Shown piece after piece: positions 25,597 through 39,365 of a stretch of 64,000 nt of DNA. Numbering within the stretch: the first letter of the stretch is position 1; every line of letters starts with the position of its first letter. Below the pieces are notes generated by a model that did no database searches, was not told the DNA's origin, and saw only the letters and a list, made by a program, of their open reading frames with translations. Location: positions 43,725,382-43,789,381 of the forward strand of contig NC_052153.1 in assembly GCF_902713615.1 (NCBI RefSeq), read 5' to 3'. The DNA comes from Scyliorhinus canicula (lineage: Eukaryota). The translations under genes and the position numbers were made by a program.

Positions 25597-26925
25597 CATA
25601 CATAGAAACATACATAGAAAATAGAAGCGAGAGGAGGCCTTTCGGCCCTTCGAGCCTGCTCCGCCATTCATTATGATCATGTGCCAATATCAAGTTCAAA
25701 ACCCCGATCCCGCCTTCCCCCCCATATCCCTTGATCCCTTTAGGCCCAAGCACTATATCGAATTCCTTCTTGAAATTGCACAACGTTTTGGCCTCAACTA
25801 CTTTCTGCGATAGTGAATTCCACAGATTCACTGCTCTCTGGGTGAATAAATTACTCCTCACCTCAGTCCTAAAAGGTTTACTCCTTATTCTCAAACTATG
25901 ACCCTTGGTTCTTGACTCACCCACCATCGGGAACACTCGTTTTGAATCCAACCTGTCTAATCCTATTAAAATTTTGTAAGTTTCTATTAGATCCCCTCTC
26001 ACTCTTCTAAGCTCCAGTGAATATAATCCTAACAGAGTTAGTCTCTCCTCATATGACAATCTGGCTATTCCAAGAATCAGCCTGGTAAACTTTCACTGCA
26101 CTCCCTCCATAGCAAGAACATCATTCCTCAGATAAGGACACCAAAACTGTTCACAATACTCCAGGTGTGGCCTCACCAATGCCCGATACAATTGTAGTAA
26201 AATATCTCTATTCCTCCACTTAAATCCGCTCACAATGAAGGCCAATGTACTATTTGCCTTCTTTACTGCCTGCTGTACCTGCGTGCTTACTTCCAGCGAC
26301 TAATACACAAGGATACCAAGGTCTCATTGAGTATCCACCCCTCTCAATTTACACCCATTGAAATAATCATTGGCCTTATTTTTACTACCAAAGTGGATAA
26401 CCTCACATTTGTCCACATTATACTGCATCTGCCATGCATATGCCCACTCACTCAGCCTGTGCAAATCCTACTGAAGCATCTCTGTATCCTCCTCACAGCT
26501 CACCCTCCCACCCAACTTTGCATCATCTGCAAATTTGGAGATAATACATTTAATTCCCTTGTCCAAATAATTAATATATATAGTAAACAGTTGGGGTCCT
26601 GGGACAGACTCCTGCAGTACCCCACTAGTCACTGCCTGCCAATCAGAAAAAGATGCATTTTTTTCAAATTTTTGCTTCCTGTTTGCTAACCAGCTTTTTA
26701 TCCATCTCGAGATACTATTGCAATCTCATGTGCTTTAACTTTACATAATAATCTGCTATGTGAGACCTTGTCAAAAGCCTTCTGAAAGTCAAAATAAACA
26801 GTATCCACTGATTCTCCCTAGTCAACTCTACTAGTTACGTATTCAAAGAATTCCAGTAGATTTGTCAAGCAAGATTTTCCTTTCATAAATCCATGCTGAC
26901 TTTGTCTGATTACACCACTGCTTTC
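25597..26925 (-). mobile_element. CR1 (HER1-like) LINE, RT to 3' end
   Basis: ORF 25589-26059 SYEERL..LGLYSLE.RR.RGDLIETYKI, short-repeat tail acatagaa, and the KFADD motif near 26530. Confidence 0.9.
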
Positions 26926-27662
26926 CAAATGCAAATATCCCCATCCTCAATGATGGAGGAACCCAGAACATCTGTGCAGAAGATGAGGCTCAAGCATTCA
27001 CAACAATCTTCAGCCAGAAGTGCCAAGTCGATGATCCATCTCCGCTTCCTCCGGAGGACCCCAGCATCACATTTGTCAGTCTTCAGCAAAATCAATTCAC
27101 TCCACGTGATATCAAGAAACAGCTGAAGGCAGTGGATACTGCAAAGGCAATGGGCCTTGACAATATTCCACCAACAGTACTAAACCTCTATCACCAATAG
27201 CCCTCAAGATACTCAACACCATCCAGAACAAAGCAGCCCGCTTGATTGCTACCTCTTCCATAAACGTTCACTCCCTCTACCACCGGCAAACCGTGGCAGC
27301 TGTGTGTACCATTTCCAAGATGCACTGCAGTAACTCACCAAGGTTCCTTAGACAGCATCTTCAAAACCCACGACCACTGCCATCTGGAAGAACAAGGACA
27401 GCAGATACTTGGGAACACCACCACCTGGAAGTTCCTCTCCAAATAACTCACTTTCCTGGAAATATAACGCCATTCCTTCACAGTCACTGGGTTCAAATCC
27501 TGGAACTCCCCCCCCTAACAGCACTGTGGATGTGACTTTACCACAGAGACTGCAACGATTCAAGAAGGCAGCTCACCACCATTTTCTCAATGGAAACTAG
27601 GGAAGGGCAATAAACACTGACCTAGCCAGCTACGCCCACATCTTGTAAAGGGATAAAAAATA
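26926..27662 (+). mobile_element. Internally deleted CR1-clade LINE (same family as 9771-11090); further copies at 8220-8530, 28560-29065 and 35760-36190
   Basis: Shared 3' UTR CAAGAAGGCAGCTCACCACCA...GGGCAATAAA. Confidence 0.8.
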
Positions 27663-29204
27663 AAATCTGCAACCTCTCAAAGGCATTGGCCTTCCCTACT
27701 AAAGTGAATTGGATGCAATACTCCAGCCACAGTCTAACCAGTGATTAATTTAAAGCTTAAAACAACAGGAACCCAAATCAGGCAGCATTGACATTCAGTA
27801 CAACTAGGTTCTTGAAACATTTAAATTTGTTTCTGGAGAATATGGTGTTGAGTTCTAAGAAAGAAAATTTGGGGCCAGCTCAATCACAATGAGTGTCGTG
27901 TCTAACAGCCTGTTTTCTGAAAGAAAGCAAATCCGTTTGATAAATTTGAACCAAATCGGTTTGGAGTTTTAAACAAAAATCGATTTAAAATCTGACAGCT
28001 CTGTGTCAGTATTGAGAAACAGTAAAAAATGTAGGAACTCCACTGAGACGGAGAGGGCTAAAAGTTATATTTGTTCCAGCACTCAGGAGAATTAAACATT
28101 AAAATATTAAGGTACAGAATGAATGCGCATGCTATTGTTAAAACTTTTCCTGCACTTGTACTTTTGAGGTGACCTTGAATTCATCAGAAAGGAACTACTT
28201 ACGATTCAGGTAGATGTCTGAGATATTATTCTCTTTCTCCGTGACAGCTGGTTGCACTCCCACCTCTGAGCCTGTGGGTTGCAATTCTGTGTCCCAGTCC
28301 AAGACTAGTAGGCATCTGGTGCAATCTTGTGAAGCTTTTGGGAGTGGGAAAGGAGGCGGGAAACGGGAACTTAATTGTGCAGGAGGCAAAATGTCAGCTT
28401 CCCACCGATGGGATGAAAGTTGTGTATTAAATTGAAAGTGGATTGTGGGCGAATTGCGCATCCCCATGGCAAGCAGCAGGAACCTTGTTTTAATATATTA
28501 GCATGATATGCATGCTTATTAAAATACAACAGATTAAATTGTACCTTTGGAATTAACTTGGCGTCTACAAGGCACAAGCCAGGAATGTGATGCAATATTC
28601 TCCACTTGCATGGGTGAGTGCAGCTCCAACAACACTAAAGAAGCTCAACAGAATGCAGGACAAAGCAGCCCGCTTGATTGGCACCCCTTCCACAAACATT
28701 CACTCTCTCCACCACTGATGCACAGTGGCAGCTGTGTGTACCAGCTACAAGAAACTCACCTAGGCTCCTGAAACAGTACCTTCCAAACCCAGACCACTGA
28801 CCACTACCATCTAGAAGGACAAGAGCAGTAGCTGCATGGGAATGCCATCACCTGGAAGTTTCCCCACCCTGACTTGGAAATATATCACCGTTCATTCACT
28901 GTTGCTGGGTCAAAATCCTGGAACCCCCTTTCTAACAACATTGTGGGTGTAACTACTCCACATGGATTGCAGTGGGCAGAAGGCAGCTCCCCACCACCTT
29001 TTGAAGGGCAATAAATTCTGGCCGACCCAGCGACGCCCACATCCCATTAATGAATGAAAAAAATAAAGAACCATAATGCTACTCCTCCATGAGCTGTGTT
29101 ACAGTGGCTTTTCTAAGTTTGCTATCTATCCCAAAATTTATTGATCGTTACCTAATAATTCACAAGTGCCAGCTCTACTCTCTAATGATATTTTTCATCA
29201 CCAG

Positions 29205-29385
29205 TTCAAAGTTAGCAATGACCCAGTGATAATGTAGTTCACTCTGAGTCACAAATTTGTAGATTCTAATGCCGTTCCAGATACTGGAGTACAAAATCTA
29301 TGCCACCACTCCCAGTGTAATGATGAGGGAGTACTGCACTGTCCAATGTGAAGTCTTTTGGCTGAGACTTCATATTCAGGCCATG
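29205..29385 (+). mobile_element. Old Deu-domain SINE (SacSINE1-like) fragment
   Basis: GAGGGAGTACTGCACTGTC...CTTTTGGCTGAGAC core. Related pieces at 48650-49900, 51440-51602 (tail) and 53100-53240 (-). Confidence 0.6.
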
Positions 29386-32300
29386 ATAAGAGAAAAATAG
29401 ACATCGAGGTCAGATTCTAATAAGGTGCTTGAGATGCATTCAAGCATGAAGGGAAATGAAAATAAACAATCCAGACACTTGGCTGCCTGGAAGCTATTAC
29501 CCTGTCGATGGCAGCCTACTAAAAGTATTTTCTCTTTGCAAATGAATGGTATCCTTGCAGATCATAGTATTTGCGGGTGTTTAATGCCTTGCAATGTAGT
29601 TTTCGCTTTCCAGAAAGTAACAGCTGGTGATTTCTACACGTCTGTCAGATGCAGCCGGTGTAAGGGACAGGTGAGGGGAAAAGCAGTGATTATTCATTGG
29701 TTCTGCCTGTTCTGCTCTTTTTCTTCCAGGCCAGGGTGATTGATGGGAGGGAGGGTTCTCTGATGGGGATCTCTGATGTGGTGGTCTTCTCTGATATTGC
29801 GGGGGGGGGGGGGGGGGGTGGTGGCCTCCTTTTACTGGAGGGTCCCTGAAATGGGGGGGATCTCTAATATGGGGGGGGTCTAGAGTGGGAAGGGTTTGTG
29901 GTGTTGTGGGAAAGGGGTCCCTCAGTGCTCTTTGGTGGAACCTCAGTTAACTATTTACTCCCTTGCCCCGCCGCAAAGTCCATTGCGTCAGGGTGAGGCT
30001 GGCAAATACTTGCACCAATGAACACCCGTGTGAATCCAGCCCAGCGATGTGGAAAATCCGGTATCCAGGCGGTTAATAAGATGCAAATGGGCTGCAATGA
30101 ACCATTTGCATGTTGCTGCTGTGCGTGGTGCGAACCTCTATGTCGCCACCAGTGGTCGAACCAGAGCATCACCAGCAGTAATCTCATTTTTTTGCCTCAG
30201 CCGGGTTTTTGCACCACATCGAGAACTCCTGTACTGGTGGTGGACTGAGGTGGTGGTCTGAGGACAGGACAACAGTTTATCAGCATCACTGTCGGGGTTG
30301 CTGGGAAGCAGAGTGTAGGTTGCAGGTGATGGAACTGCAAGAACAATGAAAACTTTTCAACAAGAGACTGATCCAAAAGAGAAGACTGAAGAGATTTGAT
30401 CTTGGACCCTCTGTGGCCAGACGAGGAGAACTCAGGACACTGAAGAACTTGTTGCTCCCTCAAAGGACTCTGGGGAGAAGCTTCAGAAGAAGAATGTCCT
30501 TTCAACTCCAGGGAGATGGTCACAGCTGTATCGTACACTGATGCATCGATGATTGATAAGGCATTGAAGATCTGAGATTTGAGTGAACTTAGGCAACAAA
30601 GGGAAAAACATGACCAACTTCCTGTAAGACTGTCAGGAAAGAAAGAAGTGGTGGTTTCCCAATGACATTTCGGGAGGACAAGGATTAGGCTGCGGTAAGA
30701 GAGTCACATTTTTCTATGTATGAGGTTGCTCCATAATGGGCAATCGGAAGAGTTGCTGAGGATGTGGAGATGAGACAGCCTCACAGTCTGCAATGAAAGG
30801 AATTTCCTGTATAACCAGCTCAGAGACAGAATTTCTGTACAGGGTTCTATGGCTTCATAGGTGCTAAAGATTCTGCCACAGTTTCTGTGCAGACCTCCAG
30901 CTCTAGAGGGAAGAAGGCTTTCAGCTTGGACTGAAGTCTGGGTGGCAATTGGCTTTCACCCTTAGATGGTACCAGCTCTTTGTGATCCTCCATCAACTCA
31001 GGCAAGGCAATCTCTTTGGAAGAAGCTTCATGGACAACAGGAAATAAAGTAGACAATGCATTGCTGGAACAAATGGGGTTGATTATCCATGGCATTTAGC
31101 ACTAGCTGGGATTCCAATTTACCCTTTGAATAGGGTGTGAGGCCCAAAACGTAATTCTCACCTGGCATCAAACCTGTTGCGAGTCTCCCGGCACTCCACC
31201 GGCAATATCAGATTCTTGCCCAGAAATGGTGAGAACCTGATCAGAACTCATTAGCATCAATTTCAATTAGCGAGATTGAAGTGGAATGCTGAGCCTCCTG
31301 GGATGCCCCCGCTTCCTCTCTCCACCCCCCCCCCCCCCTCTCCCCCCACCAGCTAGAAGTGCAGTGGGTGCCAATCAGTACTGGTCCCTTAGAAGCGGGG
31401 ACCAGGCACCGTAGACTCTGAGGGGGAGCAAGGGGGTGAGTACCCTCTCTAAATTTACCCCAGGGTGCCAAGTGGGTCTTTCAGGGGAGGTGGGTGTCGA
31501 GGGGGCTTGAGTTGACCTGGAGGAGCTCAGGCTGCTGTCTTTCCCAGGATTGGGGTCATGTAGCAGGCCTTCCCTCTGTAGCCTTGAAAACCTTTAAAAA
31601 CTTTCCCAGCATGTCAAGTTCAAAGATCAGTCAGATGAAGATACAAGTCTCCCCATTAATGTGCTGGAAACCTTTTAAGTGTTTTTTTTCCCCATATGAT
31701 TACATTCCCCTTTAACTTTTTAAAGGCTTTGGGCCTGCTGAGAAGTCTAAAAGCTTTGAATTGCGCTTCTTATATTTAATTTCATGGTTCATTGCCTTTT
31801 ACAATCTCTTGATTGACAGGACAAGGCTATTTCAAAGGAGGGTTTGTTTTAATTTCATATCTCTTCACATTAACTCTGAATTGCTTTCACTTTTGAGCAG
31901 GTTTGGGTCCATCCGCATTTTTGTCATCGAGGCTTTTTCTGAAGAGCAGGTGTTGTTTCTAACTGCAGTTTTTGTTAAAAGGGGGCCGTTTCTTGTTTTA
32001 GAGTTGTTCCTAAAAATAGCACCTTCTCTTTCTGAGTGCTGCCACCTGGCATTGTGACTGGCGCCCTGGCAGTGTGAACCTGTCAATGCTGACCTGGCAG
32101 TGCCACTTCCAGGGAGTAGTGCCAGTTTGGCACTGCCAAGGCACAAGGCCTAAAGGGGAGGCTGAAGGGGTGTCTCTCTCTTGGGAGAGGGCGGGGCCTT
32201 GCCAGTGACTTAGGGGGACCTTGTCAGCGATTTTGAGGGGGGGCTCGTGCCAATGATTGGAGGGGAGGTGGAGGGGGTATTTGCCAACGATTGCGGGGGA

Positions 32301-33409
32301 GCTTTGCCAACAATTGTGGGGATACTTGCCAGCAAATGTCAGGGGCCCGTAGGATTATTCTGAGATCGGGGCGCTCTTTAAAATCCAATCTCTGAGGATC
32401 TGCCGTCTTCTTCGGGTCCCACAGCCCTGGCTCCAAAAAAATTTCTGTGAGTGGATTGCGATCTGGATCGTACCAATCCACCCTTAGAAATGTTTTGTAA
32501 GAATTACGCCCGCGATTTGACTGCTGCTCAGCCACTGAAAAACAGCTGATTCTTCTAAAAAGCAAACAGAGACATTATAAGGTGCACCCATCAACGGGAA
32601 AGATTAAACATTCTACCAATGTCAATCTCCAAGAGGTCACTCAGTAATGAACTTTTCCTCGTCACTCTCTAGGAATAGCAAATTCAGATCCAGCAGGTAT
32701 TCTTGGGGATGGTCACTACCTGCTGCAGTGCCTTCTGTATCTACCACCTCTGGTTTACCTCATGAAGAACTGAGAGATTCATAACTTGCATGTCTGCCCT
32801 GCGTCTAGTGGATAGACGGCGTTTACTGCCGAGTGTATAAACTTCCTCAGCTTTTAAAGATTAAACTTCCACTGCTTCTAAATAAAAAGGTTGAAGATTG
32901 TTGTATGAAAGAAGTGAGTCATTCAAATGATGAGCATCATCTGGTTTTACTAGCCTTCATGGAAATATGTGAGCATTCCCACTAAATAGAATTGTATGTT
33001 GATGGTGAAAAGCATGGAGAGAATTAACAATCTGTTGCCCTTTGTAGCTTAGAAGAGCAATAATCCTGCCTTTGATCGGAAGGTTTATGCTGCCTGGAAC
33101 TTGTAACTTGATGTCTGATGAATGAAGGGTCATTGGCTGAAGACAGTTGAGGTCATCTGCTAATATGTTAACAGCAACTCCAGTATCAATTTTAAAAGTA
33201 TTATTGAAGCCTTTAACTTTGACTGTAACTGAGCAGTAGTGTGGATTAAGACCATCTAATCCCTTTAGGAATTCAGTAATTTCATCTTTTTTTTTGACTT
33301 TCCATGAAGGAATGTGTTTCAGAAATACTTTCTGGTCTTTGACTTTGATTAAAATTTCTGGATTTGAAATATTTTAAATGTCCAGTTTCCCCCACACTGG
33401 AAGAATCAC

Positions 33410-33427
33410 ATGCCCCCTTGTGGACAG
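33410..33427 (-). promoter_or_regulatory. Candidate CTCF site
   Basis: CTGTCCACAAGGGGGCAT matches the CTCF core CCASYAGRKGGCR at all but one position and lies in non-repetitive sequence. Motif evidence only. Confidence 0.35.
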
Positions 33428-33745
33428 TCTTGGCATCTGTGCTGGGTTTTCACACTACAATGCAAGCATTTCAAAATAGTTCCCAGCATGGGTGTTTCCT
33501 GCCCTTTCTGTTGGTTTGGTGAGCTTTATAGGTGGGGATCTGCCCATGGGCCTACCCAATCTACAGAGTCAAGTGAAGCCTTAGAGATGCTCAAATTATA
33601 GCCTCATTAAATGCTGCAAGCTCGGCCTGTTTTGCTTACTGCACTACTTAATCCAAAGTAAGATAATCTTTGGTCGGTATAAAGTCAGAGAGTTTTTCAT
33701 CTTGGAAACCCACAACAAGGTGAGCACAGATTAGCTCGTCCTTCA

Positions 33746-33977
33746 GGCAGCACGGTGGCACAGTGATTAGCACTGCTGCCTCATGGTGCTGAGGACCTGG
33801 GTTTGATCCCGGCCCGGGTCACTGTCCGCGTGGAGTTTGCACATTCACCGCCTGCCTGTGTGGATCTCACCCCTGCAAACCAAAGATGTGCAGGGTAGGT
33901 GGATTGGCCATGATAAATTGCCCCTTAATTGGAAAAATAATAATTGAGTACTTTTAAATTTATAAAAAAAAACAAAA
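33746..33977 (+). mobile_element. Short A-tailed V-SINE with a ~13-bp TSD
   Basis: TSD AGCT(C/T)GTCCTTCA; tail GCCCCTTAATTGGAAAA...TACT..TAAATTT. Confidence 0.85.
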
Positions 33978-35374
33978 AGCTTGTCCTTCATATCCCATAT
34001 CCGCAAGATTAGCTAGGCGATATAGATTGGTTAGGAATAATTCAATTGCTTCCCCAGGTCATTGTGAGTGCTGATTAAAACGTGCTTGTTCAATTACTAA
34101 ATTTTGTTTGGGGCCTAAAATAGCTGTAAAAAGTTTTAATAATGGAGTCAAAATCTGCGATGGACTCCTGCACATCCTGCCTGAGCAGTACGCTATCCGC
34201 TATTGGACCTACTACATAAAGAAAGCAACTAACTTGAAATTTAAGTTCCTTATTGTGAAGATCTGATGTTGCTCAGTAATGGAGAAAATTATATTTCCAT
34301 AACTCTCACTGTTGGGTTCTCGTAGGGCCCTTGAGGCAGTCAACCAGGTGGGGCCAGAGCAGGGACTGTCATCTTTACCTCTCCCCAGTGTGCCTTCTTC
34401 CACAGCCAAAACTTTCAGTTGTTTTCCATCATTTCTTCATTCTGTGGTTCTTTCAGTAACACCAATGTGCTTTTTACATTGATGCCTCCACATTCTGAAA
34501 TGGGTCCTTCTATCTTGGACTCTAGGTGTGGCACTTGGTTTGTAGACAGACTGTAAACATTCTCTGGTGTCGCCTTAACACTTTTTTTATTCGTACTCCT
34601 TCTCAACAAAGTTGCAGAGTAGGCATGATTCCAACCTCTCGAGGATCTAACACACGACAAACTCGTGTCAGAGGTACATCAATATCTACATCACACATTA
34701 GAATATCCTCTACCTGGTAACCCTCCACAGTACATTCTCCAGCTCTGAATTCCTGTTTGGGCATTATAGGAAGTTATTAGTGAAAGATATCTTTTACAGC
34801 CAATTAACTATTTACAACATGTAGTCACTGTTGTAATGTAGGAAGCGTGGCAATGTGCGTGCATTAAATTACTCCTACATCTGTTTGGAGATTTAAAGGT
34901 AGCTTTATTCATTATGCATCCTGCACTCATGCTGAAGTGAGACAGTTCCTGGAGATAATATGAAGAAGAAAAAAAATCACATGAAATGCAAACCTAAGCT
35001 AATGAAAAACAATTAAAGGGAAGTTTTAAAAAGATAATTCCTTTAGGCTGGCTAGAATATGACATTTTCTCCCACAAATTGTCATTAAAACAGAGTCTGT
35101 GGATACTTTTGAAAGGAAATTAAAGAGTTGAAAAAGATTGAAATGAAAGGGTCTGTGAAGTGTGCAGGATAGTGGGATTAGACTGGGGCATGTGAAGGAA
35201 AGTGCCAAACGCAGTGGAACAGTGTGTTTCTTTATGGAGAAGGCACTCTTAGGAGAAAGGTGGGAGCCCGAACCCCAAAGACTAATCTTCTTTCCAGGTT
35301 TTCAACACGTCACTGCCTTATTTTTCCAAGATTTGTACATTGTTGCCAGAAGGAAGGCTTTATGAACCTTCCAT

Positions 35375-36550
35375 TCTTTTCTTTCTAATTTGTTCATGGG
35401 ACATGGGCGTCGCTGGCTGGGCCAGCATTCATTGCCATCCCTAATTGCCCTGAAGTGACTGGTGTACTAAGAGTCCGCTACAAGGCTGGGGATGTGGAGT
35501 CGCATGGATGCAAGACCAGGTAAAGATGGCAGATTTCTTTCCCGAAAGGACATTAGTAAACCAGATGGGGTTTACACCAATCGGCAATGATTTTATGGTC
35601 ATCAATAGATTTTGAATTCCAAATTTTTATTTAATTCCAATTTCAGCATCTGCCATGATGGGATTCGAACCAGTGTTCCCAGATCATTACCCTGGGTCTC
35701 TGGATTACTAGTCCAGTGACACTACAGCTATGTCATTACACCCCCTGAAGTTACTCTTTGTTTATTCATTTATAGGATGTAGGCATCACTGGCTAGGCCA
35801 GCATTTATTGCCCATCCCTAGTTGTCTTTCAGAAGGTGGTGATGAGCTGTCTGCTTGAACCGCTGCAGTCCCTGAGGTGTAGGTACACCACGGTGCTATT
35901 AGGGAGGGAATTCCAGGATTTTGACACAGCGACAGTGAAGGAACAGTGATATATTTCCAAGTCAGGAGGGTGAGCGACTTGGAGGGGAACCTCCAGCTGG
36001 TGAGGTTCTCTGGTATTTGCTGCTCTTGTCCTGCCAGATGATAGTGGTCATAGGTTTGGAAGGTCCTGCCTAAGTAATCTTGGTGAGTTCCTGCTGTGCA
36101 TCTTGTAGATGGTACACACGGCTGCCACAGTTCGCCAGTGGTGGAGGGATTGAATGTTTGTGGAAGGGGTAGAAATCAAGCGGGCAACTTTGGACAGGCT
36201 TTGGGAGACCTAAACTGTTCAATCTCTCCTGATACGACAAACCCCTCATCTCTGTAATCAATCCAGTGAATCTCTTCTGAACTGCCTCCAATGCCACTAC
36301 ATCTTTCCTCAAATAAGGGAACCAAAACTGCACCATACGCCAGGTGTGGTCTCATCAGTGTCATGTATAGTTGCAACAACATTTCCTTACATTTATACTC
36401 AATTCCTTTTCCTCTAAATGCCAACATTCCATTTTCTTTCCTTATTACCTGCTGTACCTGTATGCTAGCTTTCTGTGACTCATGCACGAGGACACCCAGA
36501 TTCTTCTGCATTGGAGCACCTGAAGTCTCTCCCCATTGAGACAATAAGTT
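35375..36550 (-). mobile_element. Composite: CR1-tailed SINE (35375-35740) plus two CR1 fragments
   Basis: B-box-like GGTTCGAATCC on the minus strand; CR1 peptides KNLGVLVH...LQLY..L.RPHL.Y and KDVVALEAVQKRFT. Confidence 0.75.
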
Positions 36551-37523
36551 GCCTACCCATTTTCAGCGGGTGGAGAATGAACAGATTTTATGCTGGCGGG
36601 ATTTCCCCTCTCTCTGCCAATGACGTAATGGGGTACCCAACTTTGAAAGCTGGAATCTCCAATTACATATAATTATGAATGCTGATCAGGCCTTTACCCC
36701 GCAGTCGCATAGGTGAGTACAACCCACACGGGGGAGGGGGGTCATGCACGGGCAGTACCCTGATATGGCCAAGGCACTGTCGGGGGGCAGTGCCAGGGTC
36801 AAGGCCGGTGGGGGGGGGAGCTTCTGTGGGGTAGGTGCTGGTCGCTGTGTGTCCATAGGGGTGTATCCGTGTCATTGGGGGTGGGGGGAATTCTTTGGTC
36901 AGGGGAAACATTTCAAAGGCACACTAAAACCCTTCGGTCACGGCTATACTCTCCCAGTTGCCCAAGAATACCTGTTGATACAGCCATCTTTGAAGTTCAA
37001 CCCACCCATGTGTACGATAAAAGCCTTGTCTCCAAGATCAGCTTTTTAAGCCTATTTCTCAGCAAAGAAATTTCACAGTTCCTCGGCTGGTTTTCTGGAA
37101 GCCTTTCTAGCCCAAATGTATTCAACTGGGTAAACCTGCACTCCCACTCTTTTCGCCAGACTGTGATATCCTAGGCATGACAAAAACATAGTTCCAGTAC
37201 CCAGTTGAACTAGTCAATTCCAGTTTGGGTTGATATATAGCTACACAAATGGCCACATCAAGGTGTTAACACAATGATCAAGATATAAAATATGTTTCCT
37301 GAAAGGGGTGTAGCAGCAGATGCAATAGTAAGATTCACAAGGAAGGGGGAAACATTTACAAGGCTAGGGAATTGAGCAGGGTAAAGTCAAAGCTCAACGG
37401 CAATTAAAAAATCTTTGTTTTTGGCCTGGTCACTGCTTAGTCCGCAGGGACTGTTAAAGAATCCTTAATACAAGAGGCTGCAATGCACATTGAATGAATT
37501 CCAACTTATCAGAGGGAACCTAT

Positions 37524-37865
37524 ATTGTGGATAGCACAATTGCTTCACAGCTCCAGGGTCCCAGGTTCGATTCCAGCTTGGGTCACTGTCTGTGCGGAGT
37601 CTGCACATCCTCCCCGTGTGTGCGTGGGTTTCCTCCGGGTGCTCCGGTTTCCTCCCACAGTCCAAAGATGTGCGGGTTAGGCGGATTGGCCATGATAAAT
37701 TGCTCTTAGTGTTCAAAATTGCCCTTAGTGTTGGGTGGGGTTACTGGGTTATGGGGATAGGGTGGAGGTGTTGACCTCGGGTAGGGTGCTCTTTCCAAGA
37801 GCCGGTGCAGACTCGATGGGCCGAATGGCCTCCTTCTGCACTGTAAATTCTATGATAATCTATGA
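37524..37865 (+). mobile_element. Young HE1-type V-SINE
   Basis: Near-consensus head, V-domain and CR1 tail ending TTCTATGATAATCTATG. Confidence 0.9.
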
Positions 37866-38304
37866 TAAACATCAATGGACACAATCATCATTGGCTAATG
37901 AACTACAGCAAGTCACCGCTTAAACAATAATTGATTCAATATTCCATGGTATAAAAATCCTTCATTGTTAGTCTTCTGAGTTACTAGAAGCAATGTCACA
38001 GGAGATGCATCAATTATTTAACCAAGTTTGAGCTGAAATGTATTTAAATCGGTGAGTCCTAAAATCATTCTATTTAAAATATAATATATAATATAAAAAT
38101 GGCTTCACTCTTATGTATGGGGGATCCAACTGAAAGGATGCTGTAATGAGATCAATTATTTTGCAGTGGTATTTACATTTAAGTGTGAAATTAAGGTTCG
38201 GCTGTAAATTCAGTAGAAGATGACGATGCAGAGAGCCCCCAGAAACAGTTGGGTAATTTGCAAATTGGAACAATGTCAATACTGTTCTCTCTTTTCATTG
38301 TCAG

Positions 38305-38388
38305 GTTAATGAGATTTACCATGATAAATCACTGGGAGCCCATGTGAATGTGGTGCTGGTACGAATGATCATGCTGGGATATGCAAAG
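38305..38388 (+). CDS. ADAMTS3: ADAMTS3-like exon (84 nt, phase 0-0), metalloprotease domain
   Basis: Acceptor cttttcattgtcag|GTT, donor AAG|gtaaga. Encodes [28 protein letters not shown]. Absent from the ORF track. Confidence 0.93.
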
Positions 38389-39089
38389 GTAAGATGAGAT
38401 CGAGATTGTTCATAGTCTAGCACATTTTGAGTGTTCTCCATTTTAACTGGGTGGCGCATAAATGGTCATAAATAAGAACATGACAAATGAAGAAAAGTGA
38501 ACTGATTCAAGCTATGTCTGTGACGTCTTGAGATAGCTTTCCATTTCAAAATGGGACGTTGTCCATCCTTCACCTCTCCTCCGTGTGTGTTGTATTCATA
38601 TTGGACATGAAAGAACACCCAAAGAGCAAGAATGTACGAGAACTGGTATCTATATTTAGGAGTTTTGTTCAGAAAATAGTCGATGACTCTTTAAAATATA
38701 CAATCAGTACATCCTTTCTAGATTAGCTGAAAAGGTGTTTGTGGCGTACCACTGGTGGAAAGTGACTCCCATATTTTGCGGAGCCCTAATTATTGAGAGA
38801 TTGATGACACTCCTCAATTGTGAAGTATCTGGGCAAGGACTGCTGCTTATAATTGTCAGAAGGGGGAAAATTTGGCTAGGCCATGATGTTAGGGCAGATT
38901 GCTGGCCTGAGCTCCGACATCCTGCCTCTGTGGTTTACTTAGATTGGTAATTCTTGTACATAGAATGAATCTATCCGAGGATCTTTAAAATCTCTGATTC
39001 CCTCGAGCCAATATCATTCTTTTTCTATGTTGAGCGAGTCTAAAATGGCAGTTTCCTTGGAGAGTAGACCTCATGTCATGATCAAGAGA

Positions 39090-39365
39090 ATTCTAGAATA
39101 CCTAAAGTGCAAAAGAAGGCCATTCGGCCCATCACCCTGATAGAGCACCGGCAGGCCCACTCCCCCACTCTAACCCTGAAAACCCACCTAACCGGCACAC
39201 CCTTGGACACTAAGGGGCAATTTAGCTTTGCCAATCCACCCAAGCTGCACACATTTGGACATGTGGGAGGAAACTGGTGAACCCAAAGAACACCCACGCA
39301 GACACTGGGAGGAAGTGGTAACTCCACACAGTCACCCAAGATGGAATTGAACCAGGGTGCTGTGA
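39090..39365 (-). mobile_element. Older HE1-type V-SINE
   Basis: Diverged V-domain and CR1 tail. Confidence 0.8.
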
